A stretch of DNA of 64,000 bases from Eledone cirrhosa (GCA_964016885.1 OZ024743.1:41168001-41232000), one strand, 5' to 3'. Positions 41,242 to 57,089 are shown, numbered from the stretch's first letter. Notes: generated by a model not told the origin, from the letters alone. Numbers and translations: made by a program.

Positions 41242-44200
41242 CTTACATGCACACACATCTCTCAAATTCCCTACCTGCATGTTTGCGTGTATGTGTATAT
41301 GCATAAATCTACAAAATCTTTATACTGATAATCAAATAATTGTATATGTGTGTAAGTGACGTGTATTGTGAGTGTATGTTTAAATGTGTGTGTCTGAGTA
41401 TGTGTATACATAGAAATACTGTTAAGTGTTCAAGCATATGTAGCGTTATCTCCACAGTAAATAGTGCTGCTATTCAAACGTGTGGTGTCCATATTTCCAT
41501 ATTTACACATACATGTAAATGAGACCAAACAGAGACATATAACAATTTGCATAATCACATGCAAGCACACATAGCTCATATGTATTATGTGGTTCATTTA
41601 GCACTAACATTAATAAATTGAATCATACAATTTGTAAGCACCAATGAAATCTGTCACGTCCTCTTGTAGGAATCGATGAATGGTTAAACCCTGGCTATAT
41701 GAACATATCTTATATGATACACAACTTGATTAGACACAACCAATTGATTAACTATGTTATATATAGAGAATTAACATGCAGAATATTTCTGTATAGTGAT
41801 AAGGTGGTGAGGATTATGGGTCGTCCATCAGCTGCAACGATGAACATTCAGTCGCTCGATCAGCCTAATGAAATAAACGTGCAAATGTTTCAGTTTTTCA
41901 CATAGCGTACACGTGTAATCTTAATGTAATTCTCAGGCAGAATCAGTGCAGCACAATATGTGACATGGCTGGGTATTTGAAATACAGGTATAATATATCG
42001 AACGGGCTTGCACACAAATTCTATACATTTACACTTTCACTCGCAAGGCTGAATTCGAACGCGGTTATGGTAAAAAAAGGAAATTTCTCGATTGCTAGAT
42101 AAGACCAATGAAAATAAGTCCCTGTTCATATTTCTCTTGACAACGCTATCTACCGGTCGCAATATTGGTAGAACTGTCATTGCCTGTCTGATGGCGGGAG
42201 ATAGCATTTGAAGTCACAATGTTTAGTGTCAGTATAGATAACGAATAGCATCCCGTCTGATTCATTAACTATTTTGCTAATCCCCGATCCCAACAAAGGT
42301 ATTCACCCCGAAAGTATGAAAAGCAAGTTTGATATTTGTGGGATTTAAAGGCAGAAAATATACAGGGATTTACTGTAATTCGACTCTCTAATGACATTGC
42401 TTCTTTCAACGCTTATTGGTAAAAATCACTTACCAATAATGTCGCACCTTGGAATGAAATGTTGGGCCTCGTGTATACGAGTCGAACTTCAAATGTAATC
42501 AGACATCAACACAGTTTCCATACAGTTGGTAACTTTTGAATTATAGGTAAATCTGGAACTGCCTAAGTAGTCCACTATCCCTTGTATTACGTTGTTCAAA
42601 AACTAATGCAGGTTATAGTTTATAATTTCTTAAACGTGTATTTTAAGAATAAAATCTCGTGCAAACCGTGTAAAATTGTAACATATTTCTACTTATTTTA
42701 GGTTATTGTTATCCATGTAATTTAGTTTAAAGATAAATTGCATTTTTATCAATTTTATGATAGTTAATGATGGAAAAACAGGATTTTCAGTAAATTTATT
42801 TCTATTAGATTAATCATAGCTGCAGTGCAGCAAAATGGTCGCTAAACTGTGCTTTTGAAGAATCCCTCATCACCACAACGTCAGAATTATGTGTTACTGG
42901 AAAATTAAACGTTGATTTTGTTGGCAAAATATGTGCAGATTCGAAGGGTTTTTATTTTGATCAATAAAGTTGATTTTGGATTAAGTTATGTCATTTTACA
43001 TTCATTTTCGTACATGACACCTTTAACGTATTTCAATAACAAAATCAATGGGACGTAAATATTTGACAAGGCTGGACATCCAACGGGCTTCCACAGGGTT
43101 TCTACTTCCTCAGATTTACTCAGAGCGCGTATCTTTCCTCAAGATTATGATTAAAATTGAAATACTTGCCCGAAATACCACACACTGTAATCGAACCGAA
43201 GACCGCATGATTGCTAGGAAAACCTGCTAACCGCTAAGCCATAGACGAAGTGAGTTACGACACAGCTGGTATCCAAATATAATTTAGATGCTTGATGAGA
43301 TAATGACATTCAATAAACTCAATGATATTGTGCAGATTAGCTGCAACTACACATTGTTTTACATATGCGTGCACTGACGCATTTCAAACAGACAGTTTCA
43401 TCCCCAAGGGAGAGCAAATGAAGCAGATGCAGAATTAATCAATCATTTTGTAGTATCAGAAATCGATAGACTATGTGAATGTAAAATTGCTGGAGGGTTC
43501 CAACTTAAAATCGATCGATCGAGTGAAAATTGTGTGACGAACAATATTGATGTATAATAATAACAATACATCAGAATGTGTAGAATTTCAGTGAATTTTG
43601 TACGAGTCTGTATGTGTGAAAGTTTTAGTTAAGGGGGTGAGTGTTTGTATCTGTGTGTGTGTTCTTGTGTGCGTTTCCTTTCACGTTCTTTCTCTATTTG
43701 CGTTACTCTCACTGTGTCTATCATTCTTTCCCCCTCTTTCTGTGTTTCCCTCTGAGGGATTTGTTTCTCTCAATGTTTTTATGTGTGTGTGCGTGTGTAT
43801 TTGTGTGTGCTTGTATCTGTGATAACCAAATCTTTCTATGATGTGTGTGTTTCTGTGAATGTGCCACTTTGTGTTTGAAGGAAAGGCTGTGTGAAATGAA
43901 TGAATGAGTAAAAGTGTTAAACAATCAGAATTTAATGCAATGAGCCTGTGAAAAAGTAACCGCTTCAAAGAATCCCATAAATAATTGTATAATTGAATTA
44001 GTGGAACAATGAATTTAGAAAGGAAATACAGGAAATACTTAGAAACATATGCAGTTGCCGACTGTTGCCCACTATTCAACGTTACATATGCTATTTTCCA
44101 ACTGATGGGAATATTTCTCAAGTATTATGAATGATGAATGGTAAACACCCAATAAAACTTCTACTTTGAAAACAGTAAATATTACGCTAAACTTTCTACT

Positions 44201-44619
44201 TTCCTTCATTTGTGAAGGTGCAGTGATGTCACTGAAACTAGAAGACAGATGACCCTAGGAAATGTTCAGAAAACTGGAATTGCATGCGACTTTCAGGCTT
44301 AAGACAAAGGGCTCTTAAGCGTTCTGAAATTATTTAATTGCTATTGTCATCTTGAAAAGGAAGTTAAGGCTAAAGCGTAATCCGGAGTTTTGTGCTTGGT
44401 TCTCCATGAAATTATCCTAAGGCACAGTACCCTTTTTGGGGAGAATGTTCCTAGTTGATATTTGTTGTTTTGTATTGGTATAATGACTATTACAATTGAT
44501 GTTTGTATTCTCTTCGTTTATCTCCCCTTCCATTACTCCATGTAAAGCTAACTCTGAGTTATTATCCTTCTTTGTATTGACCCAATTTGTTCTGCCCATA
44601 TAGCCAATAGAAGCCAATA

Positions 44620-45390
44620 ATAATAATTGTTTCTACTTTTCGCACAAGGCCAGCAATTACTCCAACGCATTACTGTTACTTTCTTTTATTGACCCCCGTA
44701 AGGATAAAAGGCATTGTTAACCTCGGCAGGATTTGAACTCAGACGCAACTCTATGCTGGAGAACATGGCGTCCGACCCTCTACCTATACTGTTACACCAT
44801 CATGCTTATAGCCAATAATAATTATAATAATAATAGATTCTGATTTAAGCACAACGCCGACAATTTTGGAGAAGAAAGTCGAATAAATCGAACCCAGTGC
44901 ATTACTGGTGCTTTATTTATAGGCCCGGTAAAGATGAAAGGCAAAGCTAATCTTGACGGGATACGAACTCAGAACGTAAAGGGCCATAATAAAGTAGGCT
45001 GCCCCATGCTCTAGCGATACTACTAATCCACCGAATAATAATTGTTTCTACTTTAGGCACAAGGCCAGCAATTACCCAGTGCATTACTGGTACTTTATTT
45101 TATCGACCCCGTAAGGATGAAAGGCAAAGTCAACCTTGGCGGGATTTGAACTCAGATCGTAAAGGGACGTAACTATGCTGGAAAGCATGGCGTCCGACCC
45201 TCTACCGATACTGCCAATCCTACTCAATTCCGAATAATAATAATCCTTAATTTAATGTCCAATAGGATAATAATAATAATAACAATAAAAATAATAATTG
45301 TTTCTACACTTGGCACAAGGCCAACAAATATCAGTGCATTACTGGTACTTTATTTTATCGACGCCGTAAGGATGAAAGGCAAAGTTAATC
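44620..45390 (-). mobile_element. Array of four same-orientation SINE copies
   Basis: Successive reverse-complement copies separated by AAT repeats. Confidence 0.85.
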
Positions 45391-45491
45391 ATGAATATTA
45401 TTTTTATTATCGAAACTTTCAGAAAGCAGTGAATTGGCAGTGTCGGTATAACAATCTACATAATGATTTGAGACATTTTGACGCACATATA

Positions 45492-45554
<63 letters not shown>

Positions 45555-45926
45555 GGGGGGGGGTGTATGTGTATGTATGTATGTATGTATGTGTGCGTGA
45601 TTTTTGTGCGTGCGAACGTGTGTGTGTTCAAATTGAACACACCGAAACCGTAGATGAAAGTTTAATCACACCTGCAGTATTTAAATAATGAAATGTGTAT
45701 TTGATCTGCATTGCCTAAAGTTAGAAAATGCGTTTGTGTTTTCGTAGTCTATTGTTTCATCAGCAATAATAATAAGAATGATTTGTAATTTAGGGTCAAG
45801 GAAATCAATTTAAGGTGGCGTGTGGTGAGTCCCAGTATATGACTGGTGATAGAAAGAGCAAATGCATTTGAAATCACAGCTTAAACGTTCCTAACTCATA
45901 TTAATGAAAATAATAATAAATATTAT

Positions 45927-46340
45927 AATTGTTTCAACGTTTGGCACAAGGCCAGAAATGACCCTGTACATTACTGGTACTTTATTTTATCGACCGCGCA
46001 AGGATGAAAGGCAAAGTTAACCTCAGCGGGATTTGAACATAGACCGTAAAGGGACGTAACTATACTGGAAATTATGGAGTCCGACCCTCTACTGATACTG
46101 CCAATCCACCGCCCTAATTATGAATTCTTATATAGGCACAAGGCCAGCAATTTTGGGGGGAGGGGAAAGTCGATTAAATCGACGCCAGTGCGTGACTGGT
46201 ACTTTATTTTATCAACCCCGTAAGGATGATAGGCAAAGTTAACCTCAGCGGAATTTGAACTCAGATTATAAAAGGCCGTAATCCTATACTGGAAAGTATG
46301 GCGTCCGACCCTCTACCGATACTGCGAATATATCGCCCTA
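45927..46340 (-). mobile_element. Two tandem SINE copies
   Basis: Both end in CGCCCTAATTAT and contain the conserved core. Confidence 0.85.
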
Positions 46341-46453
46341 ATTATAATAAATATTATAATGATTATAATTTTGCTGATGTCAAAATTAGTAGCCCTATGT
46401 TAACTAATATAACACAGTAAAGTATATTATTGTATCAGCCAGAAACAACACAG

Positions 46454-46465
46454 GTAGTAGTAGTG

Positions 46466-46551
<86 letters not shown>

Positions 46552-46568
46552 AGTAGTAGTAGTAGTAG
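46454..46568. repeat. (TAG)n microsatellite
   Basis: Direct reading. Confidence 0.97.
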
Positions 46569-46678
46569 CAGCAGTAACAGGAGGAGGAGGGAAATAATTG
46601 CATTGTCTATTGCTAAGTATTGCTCGTCTTGTATACATTTTCGCCTCGTTAGCCAAATCAGGATTATTCGTGGAGTTA

Positions 46679-46714
<36 letters not shown>

Positions 46715-46715
46715 C

Positions 46716-46797
<82 letters not shown>

Positions 46798-46980
46798 GTA
46801 TTCACCTACATATTTTCTATCAAGCTCCAGTCTGTGCTCGTTATTGTGTGTCTTAATCGGATTAGGGATATTTAGAACAGAGATTACACTTTAAGTGCGA
46901 GGTCAAAGAAAAAAAAGGAAATACATGTATAAATACACACATACAGATAAATAGACACACACATAATCCAGCACATATTT

Positions 46981-47345
<365 letters not shown>

Positions 47346-47565
47346 GAAATATATATATATATATTCAATGATATATATATATATATACATATATATAAAG
47401 AATTAGTATATTTACTAACATATATATACAGATGCATACCTATGCCAGCAAATATATAGGTTTTGTCTTAGTAACTTTGTGGTTCAATGGATGGGGATGC
47501 AGAACAATAATATGAAAGACGTAAAATAAGAAAATTATAAAAATTAACTTACTTACTAAAATTTC

Positions 47566-47648
47566 ACTCCAACTAATTAGTTTCTGAAAGGGAATAAACA
47601 TGGTTTCCGAACAAAACCACGGAGAAGTCCTTTCGTCATCAGGGAAGT
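47566..47648 (-). ncRNA. Type I hammerhead ribozyme with extended stem II
   Basis: Minus: ACTTCC CTGATGA cGAAAGG...CCTTTCa GAAA CT AATT AG TT^ GGAGT; its downstream tail (47398-47512) recurs on the plus strand at about 52910-53030. Confidence 0.65.
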
Positions 47649-48354
47649 CTATTCTCAGCTAAGTTTCCAGGCAATGCGTGGACACAGGGAACTTATACAA
47701 AAATAATTCAGTGGATGGAAAAAAGCAAAGCGTGGACTAAGTTCCAAAAACATTGAAAAAATCACTGCCTACTAGGTAGGTGGCAAATTCAAAAGAATCA
47801 ATCATTTGACATCGAGGTTAATCAGTGAGGAGTGGTTTGTTAAGAAGACAGCAGCCGAACCATTACTATGAACTATAGTAGCAGTTTAGGCAAATTTTGG
47901 CTCAAAAAAATAATTTGGAGATAATTATAAAGAATTAGTATATCTACTAACATATATATATACAGATGCATACCTATGTATGCATCTGTATATATATGTT
48001 ATATAAGTTCCCTGTATTCTCGGTATTTTTCTATTTATTTACCCCATATTGTTTTACTTATTGTTTCGACCTCCTCCCCCTCCCATTTCCTAGTATACTT
48101 CTCTTGACCTCTTATCCTTAGGATTCTGCTGTAGTTAGCACTATCAACGCACAATAGGGTTTCCTTCACTCCCTCTCCCTCTTTCTTTTACTGGCAAGTT
48201 CAGCTACCCCTTCCCTACACAAATTGCCATGATAGAATTATGTGTCTCAACAACAAACTTTTGACCAATCCTTGTGACAATAACTTTTACCATATATGGC
48301 ATTAACCCCTGAGAAGCTCGGCTATTCATATACCAGGATAAACATTTTCATTTA

Positions 48355-48490
48355 GTCCAGAATTAGCCGTCGAAACGGCTTGAGCTCTGCCGTCGGGGTC
48401 CTACTCGTTCCTATTACCCACTCTACTACCCTAAGTATTGAGTACTTTGGTGCGTTATGGTCCACCTGGTTCTTTACCACATTTCCTTCG

Positions 48491-48492
<2 letters not shown>
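48355..48492 (+). mobile_element. Family B element
   Basis: Starts GTCCAGAATTAGCCGTCGAAACGGC, ends TTCCTTCGTT plus (AT)n. Confidence 0.8.
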
Positions 48493-48551
<59 letters not shown>

Positions 48552-48583
48552 TATATGTATGTATATATATATATATATATATG

Positions 48584-48622
<39 letters not shown>

Positions 48623-48687
48623 ATATATATATATATGTATGTATATATATATATATATGTATGTATATATATATATATACATATATG

Positions 48688-48730
<43 letters not shown>

Positions 48731-48738
<8 letters not shown>

Positions 48739-49646
48739 GAATAATCGAGTATCGAAAACTCGGTGCACGAGTTCACGATAAATTCGATATGAGCGGCAGA
48801 GGGCTCAATACTTCAGATAAATCAGAGCTATAACTATCGGTAAAATACCGTCACACATAGAACAAGTCTATAATCAACCGTACGACCGAAAGATTGCGAT
48901 CTGGAAGATTCGGGACATTCAGAAAAAAATATCAAAAAATCAATAAATCAAATGAATGTAAAAAGCATACCCGGACCCGCTAGAAAGATGGTAAATCTAG
49001 CTTCTTGGGTTTCTGTAAATCCTTAAACTGCCCTCTATCAGCTCACATAAATATATATGAGACTTCTAGAAGCCAGCGGACGGGAAAATTTACTTCCTCA
49101 ACGAGCCTTTTTCCGAACGAATGAAAAGGCATAACCCAGGCTGAAGGAACGCACATGTAATTCAGCAAGGGAGATAACCTCTACATCCGCAAAAAATATT
49201 CGGGAAAATGTGGAAATACACATATCGAATAAGAGTGCTCAATAGACATGTTAAAATAAACAGGAGCTATTCATCATTTAATAGAATCGACAAAAAATGA
49301 ACAATAAAATTAACTGGTCAATAGCTAGGTCTAGAGCTAAATATAGTAGAACAATCGAGTATCGAAAAATCGGTGCACGAGTTCACGATAAACAAAATTC
49401 GATATGAGCGGCAGAAGGCTCAATAATTCAGATAAATCAGAGCTATAGCTATCGTTAAAATACCGTCACACATAGAACAAGTCTATAATCAACCATACGA
49501 CCGAAAGATTGCGATCTGGAAGATTCGGGACATTCAGAAAAAAATATCAAAAAATCAATAAATCAAATGAATGTAAAAAGCATACCCGGATCCGCTAGAA
49601 AGATGGTAAATCTAGCTTCTTGGGTTTCTGTAAATCCTTAAACTGT
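48731..49646. repeat. Direct repeats of about 300 bp separated by about 310 bp
   Basis: 48731-49030 is nearly identical to 49341-49646; abuts (TA)n; no TG..CA termini. Confidence 0.9.
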
Positions 49647-49899
49647 TATACCTTTAAATTCTAGGCCTAATCATAACTATTAGCGGTATCATGCCTCCCT
49701 CTACTGGCACTTAAACAAATCCCCCTCCAGTGTACATTAATAGTACTCGTTTGGTATAACGATGACCTAACGTCAATGGCTGACTTCCCGCTAGCACACC
49801 CTAAGCCTAGAACAGTTACATTCCGCGAGTGCTCGGAAAAATTGATTTCCATATTTTTCGCTAGACGATTTCACTCGGAAAGGCTGACACTTGGTTAGG

Positions 49900-50810
49900 A
49901 TGGGTTGGCCGGAGTCTGCAGTCGTCGAGTGCTGTTTGACTGCTAAACAAGGACTTAATCTTTACTCTATATGCCACCCTGAAAACTTATCGAGGATCTC
50001 TATAATACACTCCAATTTTGTTCATAAAAGACACTCTCTGTATATTCTTTAACTAAATCTCGTAACCCAAACCTTACATTTCTTTAAAACTGTTTAATTT
50101 TTAATTTTATAATTTTTTTTAATTTTATAATTTTAATCTTTAATTTAATTTTTTTTTATTTCATCCTATAAATCTAAACAAAAATTTAACATCCCATTTT
50201 TCTGTTCACGCATTATACCATGCAGACGCACACTATATATACCTATGTTATAATATATAACTCTGTTAAGATATAGGTTCTTTAGAATAACATTTTTCGC
50301 GGTAATCCCTAGCCTGATTGTAGCATGACATTAACGCTGACTTTTCTTCTTTCTTTCTGTCTTTTTGCTCTTTGACCGGGAGGTTAGTAGCACATTATAA
50401 GCGTTTGCCCCCTCACCAGATAGCCTTAAGTAGACCGAATAGCCAGCACTTGGGGGCGACTGGCTAAAGTTGAAGATGCTAGATGGTCGGTCGTCCTCGG
50501 GTCAATGATTTTCAGCCCCATGGACTTTATCTGTTACATTCATTTATTATATTTCGAATACCTGATGATATCACCGGATTCATACGGAACACGGTCATTG
50601 AAATGATCAGAGTAAAATAAACCTTTCAAGGACTTACACAAGTCCAGCCTCCTGTTATTTTATTATAATAATTAACTCCATACTCGCACCACCAACTACA
50701 CAAACGAAGGCGGTTGAGCTGCTTTACGTTGAGTACTCTCCATATTATTACATCTAGATTGATCATACGGAATGACCAACTCTATCCAGTAGTGAACCTT
50801 CAAACCTAAA
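49900..50810 (+). mobile_element. Possible decayed PLE 3' end
   Basis: CCLTAK...NLSRISIIHSNFVHKRHSL weakly resembles a PLE endonuclease C-terminus; degenerate HHR CTGATGA(50562)...GAAA T GATC A; AATAAA; TGAGTAC; (TA)n. Confidence 0.45.
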
Positions 50811-50814
50811 TATA

Positions 50815-50855
<41 letters not shown>

Positions 50856-52526
50856 CTTAGAGTTTAGACTCAGAGAGGTCATTTACAATCATTTCAGCTC
50901 TAGGAATTGCTTCTGAGCAGTATAAATTAATATTTGATGAACATTTACATGTTATAGTTGCAATTGACTAATAAGATCGCTAGAGTGAAAAATCTTAATT
51001 CAACAACATAAGGTCTGCCTGTACGATCTAGAAAATAATAAATCAATACTCACAGACTCATATATATATGTATATACATATATATGTATGTGCGTATATA
51101 TATATATGTATGTGCGTATATATATATATGTACATATATATATGACGTTTTTGTAACTGTTATTAATATTTATCTGGTTGTGTTTTAAAGCACCTATTAT
51201 TGGAATTAAAGGTTTTTGGTAATGTTATATTTGGGCTAAAGTATTGTGTCTGTGTAGAAGTGTTTTCGCACTTCATCTTTCTATTTGCTTCATCTATTAC
51301 CATTACAGACATTACCATTACTAATATTATCACTACTACCAACAATACTACTAACACAACCACAACTATTGCAAATACTGACACAGACGCAGCCACCAAT
51401 TCTACTAGTATCGCAAACACTACAATAACCAATACCACCAGCACCTTTATGAGAATCAACATCACCAACATCATCAGCAGTATCACCCTCAACACTATTA
51501 TAAATACTACCACAACTGCTACTACAACTGTGGACTATTATCAAATAGCTTAGAGCGATATAATCACTTCCTCTCTCGCCGTGGAGCTGAGGCCACTGAA
51601 ATGCTGACATGACTAAAATCCATCTTATCGCTATTTCTTTCAATATTGAAACATTTTTCTTTGTTTTAGTATTGTTTGTTATTTTTTGTTTTCAGTTTTA
51701 TTCAAAAGCTGACGTTTGTGAACAATATATATAAGGATTCGTAGATGTATTGTTTTGTTTTATACACGTAAGACTATGAATTTAGAAGTAAGGGGCGCTC
51801 GGTTAAGAATTTATCTACTGGTTAGGGTGTGGTTTATGATGATATGGTAATATATTCGATTTCTGTCCGAGATTTACAAATGTTACTGAGGAATCTACTT
51901 ATTTACATTTACTCCAGTTCACTCAGCTGAATTTTGAGTACCTACGGCTGTTTGGAGTTAACCTTGTGGTTGACTAGTAAGCCTCATCGTGTGTGCAATG
52001 AGACTCTTTAATTTACAGTTGAATAAAAGCCATGAAATTAGAAATCATTCCAAGCTTCTTCAAACGTAATCAATCAAGCTACAACGTGCCCAAAATGATC
52101 CCTTTGACTTTAATTCTGGATAGAGTCGTAGGAACCCATGCCTCTCCATGACTGAACACAGTCGATTACTTCCATAGATATTTAAAGTGAGAACAATATT
52201 TAGATTAAAACTTGCCTCTCCCTCCATATGGGGAATGGAGTTTCATTCATCGAATTCAGAAATATGATAAGCAGAATTACCGTGTACGGAATTTGAACTA
52301 AGATAGTAGCCAGATAAAACTATTTACGCGAAGCATTCTAACCGAGAATCTAACGTATATGCCAATTCATAGTCTTCGTAAAACGATAATTATGAATTCA
52401 AACGGGATGATTACTTGATTATCTATCGGAAGCATAGTGAAAACTCGTTAAATAAATATTTTCAGAAATAAAATACTGTTGTTTTTGACGTTCATTTCTG
52501 ATCAAGTATGACGAAGGATCTTCGTA

Positions 52527-52816
52527 GGTGTCAATGAAGAGCCTTTGATTTCTCACACGACAGAGGAAATGCAACAAGGCGTTTTATACTAACTTCTTCT
52601 GACCTAGACTATTCGCCGCATAATATATCGAATAGACTGTTGTCGATACATATGTATAATATGTTGCAGTGTAGAGGTATGTGGTCTGGCTTTTCGAATG
52701 CAGTCTATGTAAGAATGTTTAACCTATTATCAATGTTTGCGTCTGTGTGTGTTGGGTAAATACATGCTAAATATTTGTATGAATGGAAATTAATGCTGGA
52801 AACATAAAAATGTTGA

Positions 52817-52858
<42 letters not shown>

Positions 52859-53024
52859 CGTAAAATAATTATTATTGTTGTTAAAATAATTATTATTGTT
52901 GTAAAATAATTATTATTGTTCTGCAACCCCATGCATTGAACCACAAAGTTACTAAGACAAAACCTATATATTTGCTAGCATTGATATGCATCTGTATGTA
53001 TATATATGTTACTAGATATTAATT

Positions 53025-53090
<66 letters not shown>

Positions 53091-53141
53091 TCAATATTTT
53101 TGTGTTTCCAGCATTAATTTTCATTCATACACATACTTAGC

Positions 53142-53146
<5 letters not shown>
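52527..53146. mobile_element. Degenerate HHR element with a convergent inverted tail copy
   Basis: GTGTCA aTGAAGA...GAtA C ATAT G TA TAATAT (52527-52662); 52761-52821 mirrored at 53086-53146, both ending TGAGTGCA plus (TA)n. Confidence 0.55.
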
Positions 53147-53179
<33 letters not shown>

Positions 53180-53182
<3 letters not shown>

Positions 53183-53363
53183 AACGAGTAGGACCCCGAC
53201 GGCTGAACTCAAGCCGTTTCGACATGCGTCCAGAATTAGCCGTCGAAACGGCTTGAGCTCAGCCTTCGGGGTCCTACTTGTTCCTATTACCCACTCTACT
53301 ACCCTAAGTATTGAGTACTTTGGTGCGTTATGGTCCACCTGGTTCCCTACCACATTTCCTTCG

Positions 53364-53365
<2 letters not shown>
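53180..53365 (+). mobile_element. Family B element with 5' fold-back arm
   Basis: GGAACGAGTAGGACCCCGACGGCTGAACTCAAGCCGTTTCGAC inverted against the downstream copy; (TA)n on both sides. Confidence 0.82.
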
Positions 53366-53436
<71 letters not shown>

Positions 53437-55482
53437 TATATACATATACGTGTGTATGTGAGCACATATATATATAAATATATAAATATATATGTGTGTG
53501 TGTGCTCACACACACACAGATATATACAGATATATATATGTGCTCATACACAAACACATAGAGATATATACATATAGGTGTGTGTGTGTGAGTGTATGTG
53601 CATGTAAGTATGTATATCCGTAGCCTTCAGAAAATGATCGAGAGAAAGTGCATTTCCAGAACGTTGTGTTTGACTCCTAAACATTTCAGCTTTGAAGTAT
53701 TAATGGGGTCACATTATTCTGCCGTTTTCTACTATACTTAGACCGATAACACAAGCTCTAGCAATCGTACCAGGAGCCAACATATCGACAATAGCCATTT
53801 CCTTCACTAAATTAGTTTTGTGTCGAAAGGAGAAAAAGAAGGCAACAAAACAAAAATCGATATTATTAATAATTATAAAGTTGTTAAAAAAATTATCACT
53901 AATAATAATAATAATGATAATAATATAAATATTAAGGATAACTATAATAATGTACATAATTTTTCTGTTCTCAGCAGAAATATGTCTCCTGAATGGAAAG
54001 CAGAGGATGTTGCAGGAAATATAACAACATCAATACTCCGAAATCAGTTGTGTCTGTAAAGCAGCAGTAGCAGCAGCAGCATAACCACCGCCACCACCAC
54101 CACCACCACAACCATCACCGCGGCTGCCGCCGCCATCACCACCCGCGCCACCAACAACAGCAACAGCAACATGAACAACAACAACAACAAAAGCAGCAGC
54201 AACAACAACAACAGCAACAATAATAATTAAATCTGTACACGCTACCCACAGGGCGATCACTACCACCTAAATCAATGTCGCTTCAATATGTACGCCACCA
54301 CATTACTATGTGCACCACCACTTCTTCAAACTGCCCACCATCCCATTAATCTGTACACCAGCAATATATGCACACGTCCATCATTCTGCACACCACCACC
54401 TTAATCTATAAAACCATTAACAGCTCTTATCAGCTTTTAGATATTTGTTTTTATCATGTAAACAAAAGTATGCAAGAGGTGACTCTGAATATTGATAACC
54501 ATATAGATCAAATGTGTTATATATTTCTAGATAGCAAAATATTCTTTAATATTCTGCTCTTGGTAGAAACTATGTGTCTAAGGCCACTTTTGTTTATATA
54601 TGCCTGTTCCACCATTTATTCGTTTATTTGCGTCGATATTTTGAATTCCACTGTAGCCAACTTCCTTGGCAAACTTAATCTTTTGTTTGTTTTAATATCT
54701 CCGTGAGAAACCTAAGGCTTTAGCGAATCCCGCTCTGTTTTCGGTGAAAATTACTTTTGCCTTTCATCATACAAGTCGCGTAAGTCTTAAAAGGTCGTGG
54801 ACAAGGTCCCTTCTATTCTAATTATCGTAGAATATTAACAAAAATACGAAGATGTATAAATCTTGACCTTCTCCAAGGAAACGTTAACTGAAAGTATTTC
54901 TTGGTTCGAAAAATTATTTTCAGATCTGTCCTTATCACAATCTCATTGGCATTAACCGACTGACATTACAAAACCCCGAAAATTGAGCGAGAACCTAATC
55001 AGCCATATAATTGACATTAAGCTGTTACTTCAACTTGTACCTATTTTTTCAGCTGAGATAGGTGGAGCAGCTGGAAAAGTAATGTCTACCTCAAGGACAA
55101 AACTTGCCGTACTTTTCGGGAATCAAGCCCACGTTCTTACAATCGTTAGTGAAACTTTATGACAGGTTGGATTTCTATATGAGGGTATCTGCGTTGAGAT
55201 GTTTTCAACAGTAAAGCAATTATTACTTGCGATTTTCTAGTTCGGTATATATATATTTGGAAATAATTACAAGCAGCATGTAGATAACACCGGCGTAAAC
55301 GACCCATGTTCGTATTTAATATGGCCAAAGTCCATACGAAATTCTCGGACACATGCAAACAAAAGCACACGCAAAATCAATCACAAACACGCATAGTTAC
55401 AGTCATTCATATTTACATTCACATAAACACAGTTAAATACATACATATCCCCACACACTCATACATACATACACACACACAA

Positions 55483-55574
<92 letters not shown>

Positions 55575-55919
55575 TCGTACATATACATAGACGTATTTAC
55601 ACACCAATACATTCACAGATAGTCACATACATACACACGTTCATTCACATATATACGCATACTTGTATAGATTCATAGACATACAAATTTGTACGTACTG
55701 TGGCATGATTTCAAATGTATCAAAACCAGGCCAAAGTCAACAGGAGATGAATAAGCTGAATGGGTTGAGACTTAAAAACTTGAATTTCAGCCAAGTGCAA
55801 AATATTGGACTACATATTACAAATTAAATAATACACACACATACATACATATACGTGAATATATATGTATATAAGCATAAATCTATGCATATGTACGAAT
55901 GTGTGTTTTTTAGTATAAG

Positions 55920-56004
<85 letters not shown>

Positions 56005-56375
56005 GTCTGTACACACATATCTAAATACGTACACACATATCTGTACACACATATCTAAATACGTGTATATGTATATATGTGTGTACGGGTTTATATCTAT
56101 ATAATCATGTTTAATGATATATCGATTTGTTCATATTTTGTTTGTATAAAACAAGTGAAATTTTGATATCAATTCATGTTAACTTATTCTGTCTCATGTG
56201 TATAACTCCGCACTGGGATTTGCCAATAGATTCTCGTTGAAGATAACTAGAAGTAGACAGAAGTTATATATTTCTTTATGCAGATGTCATGTGTTCATTA
56301 TAAAAAGGAAAATAAAAGGAAAAACATCACGTGATTTCTTTGTTTAATCTCTCGCCTCTCCACCATCCAATATTC

Positions 56376-56472
56376 ACGGGGTCGATAAAATAAAGTACCA
56401 GTCACGCACTGGGTCGATTTAATCGACTTTCCCCTCCCCCCAAATCAATGGCCTTGTGCCTATATAAGAAAC
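56376..56472 (+). mobile_element. SINE 3' fragment
   Basis: CGGGGTCGATAAAATAAAGTACCAG...GGCCTTGTGCC. Confidence 0.75.
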
Positions 56473-57089
56473 GAATATGTTTATCCTATTCTGTCTTTGA
56501 TAAGAAATATATTCAAATACCAAACATTATTCGCTACTCTAAATGTAAGGAATAATTATCATTTAAATAATAATCGAAACATAAACACTGAGTTTATTTG
56601 AAAATATAAATTGAAATAATTAAAAAAAGAAACAAAAAATACTTTTTTTTAACAATGAGTATTTTCGTTTAAATTACTTTTGCGACTAACAAGTGGACAT
56701 ATATATAGCCATACTCTTTCTTCGTGGCGATTAACGCATGAGTGAGTCGTACAAATGCTATATGAATACATAGTGTGGCGTGGGCAGTTAAGTCCTGGAA
56801 GAGCTCGTCCTTCTCGTGGTCCCATCACGGTTAAATTCCTTCCAACGAGTTGGAAAGCGTTAGAGAAAGATAGAGAATTTGGTTAAGAAAGACAAAAGAC
56901 GGACCGACGGTAGTTCTGAACTGGTATTGTATTAAACGAGCACAAAGGAATGAGACGCTAAATTGACTTTGGTGTATTTGGTCTGAAACCGCAAATCACA
57001 AAATCCGGGATTCTAAGGATACCTCATTTATATAGACATAATAACAAGTAAAAAAAAGATAATAATATAACCACCACCACAACCACCAT

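Noticed and set aside
53709-54060. Possible short exons next to pyrimidine tracts on either strand
   Set aside because: No recognisable protein similarity and no partner exons; cannot be supported without RNA-seq.
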